Positions 13,749 to 27,604 of a stretch of DNA of 64,000 nt are shown one piece after another. A program made the position numbers and the translations under genes. Source of the DNA: Octopus bimaculoides (taxonomy: Eukaryota); NCBI RefSeq assembly GCF_001194135.2, contig NC_068987.1, positions 75,521,487 through 75,585,486 on the forward strand, in the 5' to 3' direction. The notes beneath the pieces are model-generated. The model did no database searches. It was not told the origin of the DNA and saw only the letters and a list, made by a program, of their open reading frames with translations. Positions within the stretch are counted from its first letter, which is position 1. Every line of letters starts with the position of its first letter.

Positions 13749-14384
13749 GAATTTATTTCAATCGACTAATACTTTTGAGTAAATTTAATGTTCTCCATAA
13801 ACAAAAGTTCATTAAATTATTTGATATGCGGTTTTATAAATATTGTATAGCAAACACTAAGGGAGATAAATCAGAACCTAGTTTTTGATCTCAATTCACT
13901 TCACTGATGCAGTAAATTCTCTTGGGAGATGGAACAATGCTACAAATTTCCATTTCTCCAACCTCTAAAACACAAAGCCTTTCTGTATAAGTGGATAGAA
14001 ATCAATGTGTGTAGTAGTTTTATTATGTTATTGTAGTTTGATGAATACATATAGAATTAATTGTTTTTTTTCCTACTTCTGTTATTGATTTCATTTATTT
14101 TTATATTCACGTTTGGAATTATATTCTATATAAGATAACAGAAAGTAAATTAAATTAAATCATGATGAAAATCTTAAAATAAACTTACCTTACAGTCATG
14201 TTTTCGAAATTTCCACCATAAAAAAAATACAAACAATATTATTTGATTTAACTTTGTCATCTTATAACTACACTGGTAATGAAATCATAGCTCAAGTAGA
14301 CAAGAACGAGACTGGAGTGACTCTTTGAAGGAAGACTAAGTAGACGATATCTTAGTATTTTATCTTTGATTTATTATTTTTTTC

Positions 14385-14572
14385 AGTGACTAGACTGCGG
14401 ACATACTGGGGTTCTGCTTTGAAGGGTTTGGTCGAATATATCGGCACCAGTACTTATTTTAAAGTCTGGTGCTAATTGTGTTGATCTCTTAGGCTGAGAT
14501 TAACAAAACAATACCGATTGTCAAGAGGTGGTTGGGACAAACCCAGACACGCAGACACAGACACAGACACAT

Positions 14573-14606
<34 letters not shown>

Positions 14607-14787
14607 GCGCGAGCGAATATATGTATACGACAGACTTCCATACAGTTTCCGTCTACCAAAATCATTCACAAAGTATTAGTCAGCCCTGGGCTACAGTAAA
14701 AAACTTGCCCGAGGCTCTAGGCGGTGGGACTGAACCCGAAACTAAATGGTTACAAAGCGAGGTTTTTAACCAGAAAGCCATGTCCAT
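14385..14787 (-). mobile_element. SINE family B, degenerate, with internal (CA)n
   Basis: CAGTTTCCGTCTACCAAAATC..ACTTGCCCGAGG..GGGACTGAACCC is the reverse complement of the family B head/CORE. Confidence 0.75.
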
Positions 14788-16384
14788 ACCTATATAGATG
14801 TCTGGTGATTTACGTATCATGCTATATTTAGTTACCCTGGAGGAAAACTTGGCCTTTCATTTTTCTGGGGTCGATAAAATGAATACTTGTCAAGTACTGA
14901 CGTTGATTTAATAGATTTTCTTCTACCTAAAATCTCTGATTTTGTCTATGCAAGAAACGGTCCAAATAGAGGATATTAATTTGCCACAAAGGAAGGAAAA
15001 TTTCTTACCAACTCAGACCACTACAATTCACTTTGTATTCTAGTGTTTATATTAGTTATCTGTTCATCCAGCACCTCGTGTATCTTGCAACTAAGCTGAA
15101 ATGACTGCTGTAACACAAAACAATCTACATCCAGGTAAAACATTGACAGAAACATTTTGTGATGTGTCTTGGATGTCCTTAGTCTATAAAAACAACCTGC
15201 ACATAATTCTTCTTCTCAGGTGATACTATACGAAATAACAAATAGTACATACAAATATTTTTAAACTCATAAAAATGTCAGAAAATACGCATTTGATTCA
15301 ACAGAACGCTATATGTAGAGTTGGGAGATTTGATACAATGGAAAGAATCTGAGAGAACTACCATCTCTTCCACAATCCTAGTACTTAACTTGTGGTTTAT
15401 CTTGGGAGTCTGTAGTATGCACTAATCATCCTTACTATAAATTGATTTTCCTCGGGAGATACTATACAATCTGACTGTCACACCCGTCCTGTCCCTCATA
15501 CAGTTACAGAAAGTTGAGTTCTATTAATGATACATGGAAAATTGCATGAAATGTATCTGCCAGACACTTGATAGGGTTTCGTATAAAAAAATACTTCATT
15601 GTGGTGGCAGTTGCTTCTTCAAGTAATTGATTATGTGATAGGTTTTGTGTTTAGTATCAGTGGAGGCCGCTTACTTCCTCATCTAGTAAGCTAAAAGATG
15701 AGTTAGTGTTGTAGGCAGCTATTCGATCCCTGGACCACGAAATATACAGTTCATAAAAAAAGAACATTTCATGTAACATTACGTACTAGATATTCGATTG
15801 CTATTACATATTTATAATATGTTTCATTAGAATTAAACGGCACGAGGATCTATTAATATAGATAATATATGTCTACATTTGAATTTTCCCCACGATTTAT
15901 CAAGTAAATGATCACTTATTGTTGACAGGTTCTTTTCGTATATATTGGAAGAATGTTTCAATTTGGTTAAACATCAGAGGTGTCATTGACATAAAGTTTA
16001 AAGATCAGTTTGAAAGTATATATTTCAGCTTCCAGCAAAGCTAATATTCTAACCTTTCCTTTTCTTTGACATTATTGATAGACATTTTACTCATGGCATA
16101 AATGATATCACAGAAATAGTGTCTTCTGGAAATATTCATGAAAACTCTATAGGGTCAATGGAGATTGTTGAAACATAATGGTGGTATCTCTGTCTATATT
16201 TTATTACAACTGGAAATGATAGAAATGCTTTCGACACTTTAGTCACATTATATGAAATGAGATAAATTTATTTCAATCAGTGAATACATACATATTCTCT
16301 GTTTGAATTTCCATTTTTGTCTACTAAGGTGACATGAGCATAGTATGCATTTACATACATACATACATACACACATACATATAT

Positions 16385-16481
<97 letters not shown>

Positions 16482-16724
16482 CATACGCGTACATACATAT
16501 TCCTAAAATGTCTGCTAATCTCTGTATTCTTACAAGAAAGAGAAGCGTGCTCTTTTGTTAAGAACAAAATAGTAGTTCTCCTTTACTTAAATGCATTGTC
16601 TAGCAGTATCATATATATATACGCGCGCGCGCGTTTGTATGTGTGTGTGTGTGTGTGTGTGTTTGTGTGTGTGAGTGTGTGTGTGTGTATGTGCATATGT
16701 ATACATATATATATGAATGTATAC

Positions 16725-16755
<31 letters not shown>

Positions 16756-17001
16756 TGTATGCGTGTGCGTATCTTACTGTTATATTATTCAGGTCAGCAA
16801 ATGGTATAGTCAGTAAAAGATCATAAACCTAATTCTTTGCCATGTTTTGGTGTTTTCAATTCAAATCCTGCAAAGCTCAACTTTGCCGTTTATCCTTTCA
16901 CGATTGGTAACATAAATACCGCTCAAAAACTGTTGTCGATTTATTTTACCCTTTAGGAAAATGGGTGGTCTGTGTTAGAAATCCCTATTATTTTCATCTA
17001 T

Positions 17002-17200
17002 GGAAGCGCGTGGCTTAGTGGTTAGGATTTTGGACACATGATCGTAAGATTGTGGTTTCGAATCCTAAATCGAGCGATGTGTTCTGCTCTTGAGCAAAAC
17101 ACTTCATTTCACGTCGCTCCCGTCCGCTTGGGGTGGAATATATATCCTACAAAACCTAGGAAACCGGCCCTGTGAGTTTATATGGCTCGGTAAGGATCGT
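17002..17200 (+). mobile_element. tRNA-derived SINE family D
   Basis: GCGCGTGGCTTAGTGGTTAGG A-box, GGTTTCGAATCC B-box, CTTGAGCAAAACACTTCATTTCACG; similar to 44012-44250. Confidence 0.8.
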
Positions 17201-17304
17201 TATCTTATCATTTTTTTAATTTATAGTCTATTAGATTCTTACCTTTAATTATCATCCGTCACATATAGAAAATAAAAAAAACAAACAAACAAACAAAAAA
17301 CAAG

Positions 17305-17464
17305 CGCAGGAGTAGCTGTGTAGTAAGAAGCTTGCTTCCCAACCACAGGGTTTCTGGGTTCTCTCCCAATGCGTGACACCTTGGGCAAATGTCTTCTACT
17401 ATAGCCTCGAAATGACCAAAGACTTGTGAATGGATTTGGTTGATGGAAACTGAAAGAAGCCCGT

Positions 17465-17467
<3 letters not shown>
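17305..17467 (+). mobile_element. SINE family B 5' half
   Basis: AGCTGTGTAGTAAGAAGCTTGCTTCCCAACCAC head, ACCTTGGGCAAATGTCTT, GGAAACTGAAAGAAGCCCGTC then (CA)n. Confidence 0.85.
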
Positions 17468-17512
<45 letters not shown>

Positions 17513-19465
17513 GATAAATAAATAGATAGATAGATAGATAACACAGCCTTCCACACAGTTTTTGTCAACTAAATTAACCCACAAAATATTAGTCAGCTCA
17601 GGATTATAGTTGAAGACACTTGCCGAATGTGCCGTGAATAAAAAAAAAAAGGCAACAAACGAGCAAGAGCCTGAAAGAACTTAAAAATCCGAAATATGTT
17701 CTATGTATAGTTCAAGACTGTGTAAATATGTTAGACGTTCGTGTAATTCGTTAGCCTGTAGTAGTAAGCTAACGTATAAATACAAAATATAATCAACTGA
17801 TTCTTTGGTTAGAATTTCTCTGTATTTAATGGTGTATGACTGTAAAGAGAAAGAAGAACGAAAACAAAACATAAAGTGTGATCTAGATACACGGTTAAAA
17901 CTCACAAACTATAACGTCTGCAACAGACAGTTTTATTAATCATTGAAGCTAAGATTGTATTACTTACAGAATTAACTTTGTTAATGTGTAATCTTTATAG
18001 ACAAACTTTCTATTTTTAGTTTCACAATTTAATCAACGACAACACTTAAGAAATCGAATATGATCGTTTTCATTTATAAATATTTTTGCTGATAAAAGGT
18101 TATTTGCAGTAATAATAAAATTCCTTTTTATGTTTCATACATTTATTCTACTCCTTTTCCTCGATTCTTCTTCCTTTTAACATTGAGAGAAGTATTTTTA
18201 ACGTTTCGGGTTATTGCTCTCCGTCAGAGAGTGAGAAAAAAAATGTAGAAGTGATGATGGTGCTGCATTAATTGAGCAGTGAAATATGGGAAAAATTTAT
18301 AAGTACCTGGCATTCTATTTTGCAAGATAAGAGCTGATATATTAACTCGAGGTTTTCGCGAAGAATATACTTACTACCTAACAATCCATTTGTGGCCTCC
18401 AGTTTTTGATGACACTTTATAGAATATTGTAGCAATACACAACGCAGACACCATGAAATATAAACATACATACATACATACATACAGGCATACATATATA
18501 CATACACACACACACACATATACATACATACACACATGCACACATACGCGCGCACACATACATATACACACATATACAGAGAGAGAAAAATATGAATACA
18601 TAAATAATGAGGTATGTAACTTAATAAAATTGATATTAAAATCTGTAATCGAGCATGAATAAATTTAAAGCATAAAATAAATTCTTAAAGAAACGATATC
18701 TTAGAATGATGATTATGCACCGGTAATCTTGCACTTGACAGAAACTACATTTCTCATCCTTTCTAAATAAAAAAAACTCACTCCATCTCTAAAGGTAATT
18801 ACATAGCTACAATAATGAACTGAATAACCTGCTAGTTCACTTACCTACACTGAAGATATTAAATAGAAAGTGTAAAGCAGGGGAAACGAAAAGAAGTGGG
18901 GTGGAGAAAAAGGGAAGGTGAAGAGAGAGAAAGCAAAATAGAGATGGGAAGGGAAGTCCCTTTCATTGGTAATTTCGTTGAATATGTAGCTGACACAAAT
19001 GGCACAACCTGCTGAAAGTAACTGAAAGTCTCACACGTCACATCTTACCGTCTTATAGCTCCTGATGTGCAAACGGTATGATTATCACGACCGGAACAGT
19101 TTCCATCATAAATTTGTTCGATTATAATTGATCTGAGAATTGAGACAAAAAACAAAAATTACTTCGAGCCAACGCGGTAAGTTTCGGAGTAGATACTTGA
19201 TCTGTTAAATAGAGCAGTGAAAGTTCTCTTAAATCACAATCCACTGTCTTTAATTAAGGGAAGAAGACATTAGAATGTAGTCCTCTATATACAAGTAATA
19301 TACGTTTTATAAGACGAAATAATATGTTTGTGTGTTTCTGAGTGCACGTTCACTCGCGTGTGTATATTTATATAGATGGCAATGTTAAATTTGCAGACTG
19401 TGGAGAAAGCTTGCTCACCAATGTGTTTATCTTTCATCGATGTACTCACACATGCACATTCTCTC

Positions 19466-19535
<70 letters not shown>

Positions 19536-21469
19536 CAGTCATAAGGCATTGGTCGACTGAAGGCTTTACCTAATGAACCGCACTGTGGGAAGGGATTGAA
19601 CATGTGCAATCACCAGTTTGTAAAACCTAACTCTTAACCACATGAACATGTCTGTATGCAAAGCTGTAGAGCACTTCACTAAATACATTCTTACATTTAC
19701 AGTTCTCTTACACCCTGGACTGAAAGCTCACCAAAGTCGATACTACTTTTTTATAAAAAAAAGTTATAATAATGCTATGAACTATCAGCACACTAGGATT
19801 GATTCATCCGATGTTGCTTCTATCTTCTCTACTAAAATAGACGTGCGTAGGTAAAGATAAATTTATATACATTTAAGCTTATCATCGAACTGATTCATTC
19901 AAAACGGCTTGTGGCATTATGAAGTGTTTTATACATAGCTATTTTTCAATGTCGCATACATACCATAAAATATCAGCATGTGATATTTGTTTTTGAATGA
20001 AAAATAGATGGTAATTTAAAGAATTATTTCAGTATCTTTCCAGATTAATCAATTTATATATGGAAGCAATGTTACTTTATCATTTCATCTTGGTTAAATT
20101 TAAGATAAGGCGACGTGAAGACAAGAAAGTAAACGAGGGACTGAGAGAACAAGAGTGAGAGAGACTAAAAGAGAAACCTCAAGAGAGACCGAGAGAGACT
20201 AAGAGAGAATGCTCAAGAGAGACAGAGAGAAATAAGAAGCTGTGTACGTCAAATAAAGAGGTAGATATGCAGGCATACAGTTAAATAGAAGGGAAAATGC
20301 TGGTAATTTTTATTTGTCGATTTTCTTTCCATTTGGTTTTCCTTGTTTCTCAGCTTCCGAGTAAGAAACAAGGAAATAAATATCTAAAATAAATATCTAT
20401 TAAAATTTTATTTTCGTTTGAATAATTCATATAATTCAAATTAAATATTCCGGATTATTTCTCGTCCAAACCACAGGCTATTCTGCCTTCATAAATATCC
20501 ATGTGTTTAACGTATACCGTTTGACTCATTATTAAAATCTAATCTATCGTTTCAAGAAGCGCAAGAATGTGTACACACACACACACGATCGATTATGTTC
20601 GTTTTCTTCTACTTTGAGCGAACGTGAGTATATTAGTATAAAAATGTTGTCACCCCTAGTGAGGTCCAGCAGTAATAAACCGATACAGCATCAACATTTC
20701 TCTTAAATCATACCATTTCGTTGTTATATTTGTTTACCCCCCAGGTTTTATTATCGTATTGTCAATGACATTCTAGCGGTGACCAATCCAACTTTTCTAA
20801 CATTATTCTTCGGACTTTATAACCCTATTAGTAAACCCATCCCTCGGGTTCCGCACTAACAACTTTCCTATTCTTCTGTGCCAAGAACATCAGCTTCTAG
20901 CAATTTCTTCCTGCCCTTGTTTTTTCCTTTAGCACAGCTTAATCTTAACCAAGAGCAACATTAAGCGCATCGATATCTCATGTCCCAGAGGAATGTTCTC
21001 GCCGTTCAACAGTCTTTCTAAACCAAACCAAAGCAAATAAAATATAATATATGAATAAATTAAACAACTTAACCTATGAATTTAAATATAATATTTAATA
21101 TAATTTATAATATTGAAATAGTTATTATAGAAATTATTGGCTTTGGTAACTTAAAAGCATTGAATCTGGACTCTACCGAGTGAAATGGATACGGCTTCTG
21201 AGAGAAATTTAGCAAGGTGGAATAAAACAACATTCTGGCCCCGGGATGGAGGGGGTATCTTCTCAAAATTCAATGGTGCTGAGTTCTGTTTCCTTTTTTT
21301 TGCCCAAGATGCCCAACGGAGAGACAGAGGCGGCTTCTTGGATTTTCGTGTCTCAGTTCTAATTTCATAGACTCCGGGAGAAGAAAAGATTGCCTGAATC
21401 ATAAAGTTTACGGGTGTACGCCATTGAAACACCAATTAATGATAAACTGTCTCTGTTCAATACAACAGT

Positions 21470-21652
21470 TCTGCGGCTATGTTAGGGCAAAGCCTTGAAG
21501 AATTTTAGTCGAACGAATCGATCCCAGTACTTATCTAATTTTTTTTTAAGCCATGTACTGATTCCATCGGTCTTCTTTGCTGGACAGCTAAATTACGGGG
21601 GCAAAACCACACCAGCACCGGTTGTCAAGCCGTGGTGGAGGACCTATACAGA
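21470..21652 (-). mobile_element. SINE family B 3' tail
   Basis: TAGTCGAACGAATCGATCCCAGTACTTAT..CCGGTTGTCAAGC is the reverse complement of the B tail; followed by (CA)n. Confidence 0.7.
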
Positions 21653-21653
21653 T

Positions 21654-21704
<51 letters not shown>

Positions 21705-22329
21705 NNNNNNNNNNNNNNNNNNNNNNNNNNNNNNNNNNNNNNNNNNNNNNNNNNNNNNNNNNNNNNNNNNNNNNNNNNNNNNNNNNNNNNNNNNNNNNNN
21801 NNNNNNNNNNNNNNNNNNNNNNNNNNNNNNNNNNNNNNNNNNNNNNNNNNNNNNNNNNNNNNNNNNNNNNNNNNNNNNNNNNNNNNNNNNNNNNNNNNNN
21901 NNNNNNNNNNNNNNNNNNNNNNNNNNNNNNNNNNNNNNNNNNNNNNNNNNNNNNNNNNNNNNNNNNNNNNNNNNNNNNNNNNNNNNNNNNNNNNNNNNNN
22001 NNNNNNNNNNNNNNNNNNNNNNNNNNNNNNNNNNNNNNNNNNNNNNNNNNNNNNNNNNNNNNNNNNNNNNNNNNNNNNNNNNNNNNNNNNNNNNNNNNNN
22101 NNNNNNNNNNNNNNNNNNNNNNNNNNNNNNNNNNNNNNCCCCCCCTCTCTCTCTTTCTTCTATTGATCTTTTTCTTTTGTATCTCTCCTTTTCTTTGACT
22201 CTTTCTATGCTATTTATATGGAAGGATCGATTGGTTACCTTAAGCTTCGGTTCTCTTTTGGTAACGCGAGAAAATGGAACCAAGTACTCATTTAGTTGAT
22301 TTGTTATTGTTGTTGCTGTCGTCGTTATT

Positions 22330-22520
22330 GTTTAACCCTAGGTTTATCTGGATTAAACCTACTTACGATCAAAAACATTAGAACCATGACTGTTTACGAC
22401 TACCAGGGCATATAATATCCAATATCCCATTTCCTTTCCCAAGAAGTTAAGATATGATTTGCGGGAGATTTGGTCGCTATTTCTAGTTGTCTGAGCGACT
22501 ACAGACTGGCTCCATCGCAT
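22330..22520. repeat. Unclassified repeat family E embedded in (GTT)-type repeats
   Basis: GTTTAACCCTAGG..GATCAAA..CCATGAC..GGGAGATTTGGTCGCTATTTCTAG..GAGCGAC; GTT-rich flanks on both sides. Confidence 0.65.
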
Positions 22521-23384
22521 TGTTATTGTTATAGTTGTTTTTGCAACTATTTCAGTACGAGTATGCCTTTAACGACTGTTAAAGACTACTACAACAACAA
22601 CTAATTTAGTAACAACAAAAGCAACAATAACTACAAAAACAAAAACAACACCAACACTATCATTGCTCCAAACCTTCAGTCACAAAAGTACATCAGTATG
22701 ACATGTTTTGTTAGAAGAAAACTAAAACAAAATCAATAAAGAAAAAGGCAGCTTTAGAAAATACATCAGTGGGTAATTTTTTATTTTATTTTTCCTTTCA
22801 GTCAAGCTAACTGATGTTTAACAAATATCTTAAGCGACGAATGCCTATCGTTTTACCTGGGGGTCATTTAGCAAATGATAAAAGCGATAAGCACCCGATA
22901 TTTGATACGAAAAACGCGAGAGTGTATATATATACATCCGTACCTTAAGTGATGCTGTAGTTATATAAGTAAATGTCACCGTGGTCTCATTAATACAAAT
23001 AAATAAATACACAACATAGAGAGAAATATAATTCGTAATTCTATGGAGTAATAAATACCAAGTTCAACCATATATTGAAGAACGTTATACACACCCACTC
23101 ACGTACACACACACACACACGCGCACACACACATACATGCACATACATACACATACATACACACACATACTCTCTCCTCCTCTCACAAACATACGCACAT
23201 ACATGCACATACACATACACACATGCACACTCACCCACACACGCATATACCCACATATTCTATTCTGCATTTGAAGCTCAGAACCGCTTCTATCTTTTCT
23301 ATGTTACCTCTGCTTGCCTTTTAAAAGTCAAGAACCGAGAAAATCTCGTAGTAAAATGCTCCACAACGTCCAGTCCCACATAGC

Positions 23385-24115
23385 TAAGCTCTTTTAAATA
23401 TGCTCGCCGACAATGTAGCGCCTACCCCTACATTAACAGTACTACAAGCATCACTGAGCCTAAGACACATCATATTATTCAGAACTCCTTGTTACATATC
23501 GTCTAGCCATATATATTGCATCATATGCAAACTTTACGGCGTCTTTTACATTTTGGGGAACAAGTCGACGCCTTTCTGATCGCTTTCTGGAGCCTAGCTA
23601 ATCTGTCGCCGCCAATTTCAACACTTCTGGCCATTCTAGCGCCCAGTTGTCAGTGTGCAGTATCGCCGCAACCCATGGATTCATTTTCTCAAGGAAGCGA
23701 AGGGAACAACGTTTCATATTCGAACTTGGTACCATGTTACCGATAGGTTAGAATGAACGTAACCTTTTCATATACTTCAACTCCCCCCTGTCCTCCTCTT
23801 TTCCCTTCATATCACTCTCATCTTTGTCTACTTCACCACATTCCATTAACCTTCCCTTCTTTCTTTTACACTATTTCTGTTACTACTTCTTGCTCACATA
23901 AGAAGCTCGCGTGGCTCTACGTTCCCCATCAGTTGCAACTTGATTTTTATTTTAACTATTTATTTATCACCCTACGAGGTACATCTGGACCACCGGATGC
24001 TCCTGAACCAGTTGTTGAGTGTCCCACCCAAGAGGAATCGATGCTAGATGTGCCGAAACGGTTGTCGTGATTAATAATACATTCTCGTATATTCCATCTT
24101 CTGTCTTTCATTTGT
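23385..24115 (+). mobile_element. Penelope-like element 3' remnant: GIY-YIG endonuclease plus 3' region with decayed hammerhead motif
   Basis: Frameshifted translation SFKYARRQCSAYPYINSTTSITEPK..IYCIICKLYGVFYI/GEQ/RRLSDRFLE..FNTSGHS..RKRREQRFIFELGTMLPIG*NER fits the PLE GIY-YIG C-terminus; CCGAAACGGTTGTCGTG near 24053-24069. Confidence 0.85.
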
Positions 24116-24119
24116 TATA

Positions 24120-24155
<36 letters not shown>

Positions 24156-24479
24156 TGTATGTATGTATGTATGTATGTATGTATGTATGTATGTATGTAT
24201 GGTGGTTGTCTGCTTATGCAGAGTTTGACCACCTCCTGTACCTATAGCTTAGAACCATTATGCCATCAGATGTGTCTTTTTTGAACCAATGTTTTGAAAA
24301 GACACCCACATAGACTGCATATCCGATTTGGACCACCAAGAGCTGCAGATAAGTTCTGATCTTTGTGGCTCTTAAAATGTCATTTGAGGCCTCCGTTAGA
24401 TTTACAGACCTTCTGGCATACATTGCATTGAAAGGTGTGCACAGACATTTAGGCAGAATAGTTGGTGGTTGTTCGTTTT

Positions 24480-25553
24480 CTATGGGTCTGCAAATGAGAT
24501 TAGAGCCCAGCAAAAGAAAGGCATGGTCTATCAAAAACTGTGCCCACAAAAAGGTCATTGTCATTCAGCTTCTTGATCGTTACAGTCTTCTTTAAATCTC
24601 TCTTGAGTCTTGCATGCGTTATCTACACCTTTCTTCGCCATCCAGCTCGATCCGAAGCAAGGGTTTCTATGTCCTCTGGATCCATTCTAAGTGACTTCAT
24701 GGTAATCCTTTTGCCATCCTTAAACCATAAAGCAGCTGTCATCTGCCATTCGAACAATATGATCACACCATCTCATTTGTTTTTTCAAAATCATTGCTTT
24801 CATTGAGGTGATTCCTGCAGACGCAAGGGCATCTGTGTTTCGAGTAAAAGAATTCCATTTAATGTTTAAAATGCGATGAAGGCATTTTTGGTGGAAGTGA
24901 TCTAACAATTTTAAATGTCTTTCATAACATGTCCATATTTTAGAAGAATACAACACGGACGGTAAGACAAATGATTTGTAAAGAGCCAATTTTGTATTAT
25001 TATTTGCATGTCGTTGGCGCCAAACGCGTAACTCCAAGTCACCAAATGCCTGCGCTGCCCTTTGAATTCGCAGATATATTACTGAGTCCAAATTTCCATC
25101 ACTTTGTACAAAGCTTCCAAGATAGATGAAAGAATCAACAACTTCAAGTAGATTACCCGTAATAAAACTTTTAGTGGGGTTGTAAACAGCACCACATGCA
25201 GGTTGATACATTACAACTGTTGATGGCCAAGCTAAAATCATTACATGCTGAGTCAAATGCAGATACAAGAGTTTGGAGACCTGTTTCAGAATGACTGACT
25301 AGATCACAATCGTCAGCGTATAAGAGTTCCCTAATGAGTGAAGTAAAAACCTTCGTTTTGAATTTCAGTCTGGTCAGATTAAAAATATTCCCTGTTGTTC
25401 GATATTTTATGTAAATACCATCCTCGGACTTTTGAAAAGCGTGTGACAACACAACAGTAAAATATATTGCACAAAGGGCGGGTGTATCAATGTCACCTTG
25501 CTTTACTCCATTTTTCACGGTAAAAGATTTAGAGAGCCTACCACCCAAATTAA

Positions 25554-25556
<3 letters not shown>
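24480..25556 (-). mobile_element. RTE (BovB-like) LINE, 5'-truncated, frameshifted reverse transcriptase
   Basis: NGVKQGD..LLYADDC (YADD at 25309-25320), FIYLGS, LYKSFVLPSVLYSS, RWCDHIVRM, and a C-terminal CDRPC..SHLQTH zinc-finger-like motif. Confidence 0.93.
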
Positions 25557-25606
<50 letters not shown>

Positions 25607-25897
25607 CATGTATGTATATATGCATGTATGTATGATACATATATAAAAAATATATAAATATGAATTATATGCATACATATTTATAGACATACATAGATAG
25701 TTACATGAATATAGAAACAGTGAAAGTGAGTGTGCTACATTGTATTGGTGGATAAGTATTATTTATTGGTTAAAAGACCACCTTTAGTTTCATGCTGGGA
25801 ATTCTCAGGAATTATCAAGCGTGCTTCAAAGGATGTCGGTACTCGTCTCTGTCTTGGATGAGAATATATTAGATTGTAAAGTTACTTTATGCAAACC

Positions 25898-25968
<71 letters not shown>

Positions 25969-27604
25969 TGTGTGTGCGTATATATGTATGTATGTATGTA
26001 TGTATCTGCTTAAATATATTTTTACGTGCTTCTGTTGCATATAGACTTTGTACACTCAAGGCTTTGGATCTCGGCGTTGAAACCTCTCAGTTGACGACTG
26101 TACTATTTGTAGTCACTGATGATCTTGAATGCTGCTACTTGATGTCTGTTTAACGACTTTAGATATTTAGAGTGGAACTCTTGGTGCATAAGCGATAATT
26201 TGCAGGATTCAAGACATAAGTGTATAGTATTCTTTAATGCAGTATTTCTGACAGGGTTGAAATTTGCACTGGGAATCACATTTTCGATCTGATGGTAATT
26301 GAAGCTTGTTTAGTTATATTTTGAAATATAATACGCACGTTACCAAGAAAGCGCTTAAAAAACAATTGCGCGGGCGTTACATGCAGAAACAGCTGTTTCA
26401 AGCTCACATTTTTCAGTTCATTTCTGGCTCTCGAGGGAATAATTGAAGCGTCTTAAATCTCAAACAATGGAGGTCATTCTAAGAACTCTCCTCATGAAAT
26501 TGCATTGACATCTAAATGATATTTAAAAAGAAAACATTTTACTGAAAACACTTGGTAACCAACCTTTTTTAACAACCTAAAACAAGTCAAAATTCAAAAT
26601 GGCTGTTACACAAAAAGTAATTAGCTCCGTGCATACTAACTACGAAAAATTTTAATATTTTTCAGACGTTTACTTCTTTGAAAAAAAAATCCTTATTTTC
26701 GCTCAAGCAAAGGTTATACAGTGTTTTAGATTTAAAGCTATCCTTCCTGTCGNNNNNNNNNNNNNNNNNNNNNNNNNNNNNNNNNNNNNNNNNNNNNNNN
26801 NNNNNNNNNNNNNNNNNNNNNNNNNNNNNNNNNNNNNNNNNNNNNNNNNNNNNNNNNNNNNNNNNNNNNNNNNNNNNNNNNNNNNNNNNNNNNNNNNNNN
26901 NNNNNNNNNNNNNNNNNNNNNNNNNNNNNNNNNNNNNNNNNNNNNNNNNNNNNNNNNNNNNNNNNNNNNNNNNNNNNNNNNNNNNNNNNNNNNNNNNNNN
27001 ATATATATATATGCATATTATCGACTTTGCCAAACAGTTACCATCTATTGGGCAATTCGAATGAATACTAAAGTTGCATGATTTGTCCTAGCTGCCTTTT
27101 TGCCTCTCTTCTCATTTCAGCTTTGCGGCATTATAACCTCTGATATATCAACCGAAATTTTTATTAAATGAATAACTAATCATAGTAGAGATCCTTTTTC
27201 ATAAAGTAATATACTTATGTTATTGTGTGTGGGAAGAGTCATTCTCTTTTAGTGCCTTATTACTTAACACACTCACCGGTTCGATTTCCACTCATTAACT
27301 TATTTACAAATACAAAAACGAAATATACTTCTGCTTTGGCAGAAAATAGTAATCTATTAAATTAAGTATTCTTTAGCTATATTAGTTCTTAATGATAGAT
27401 TAGATACTGGGTTGTACTATAAAATCTATTTTTCTTCTTCCTTGTCTTATGTTGTGTGGTCTAATTATTTTAACGTGTCTAATCTTATCTGAGAATCCAC
27501 TATTTTTTAGCACATCATTATAATAGCCGGCTGTTCTATAAAAGTATCTTCACCAGAAGATATTGAGATATCCATTTATTCACGTTGTCGACCAAGTTCC
27601 TCCA

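Noticed and set aside
15040-16170. Several short exon-like stretches with AG/GT signals
   Set aside because: They could not be joined without stops, a frameshift or implausibly short (30-50 nt) introns.
21151-21435. 94-aa minus-strand ORF in GC-richer sequence
   Set aside because: No motif recognised in any frame; possibly an old TE but unsupported.
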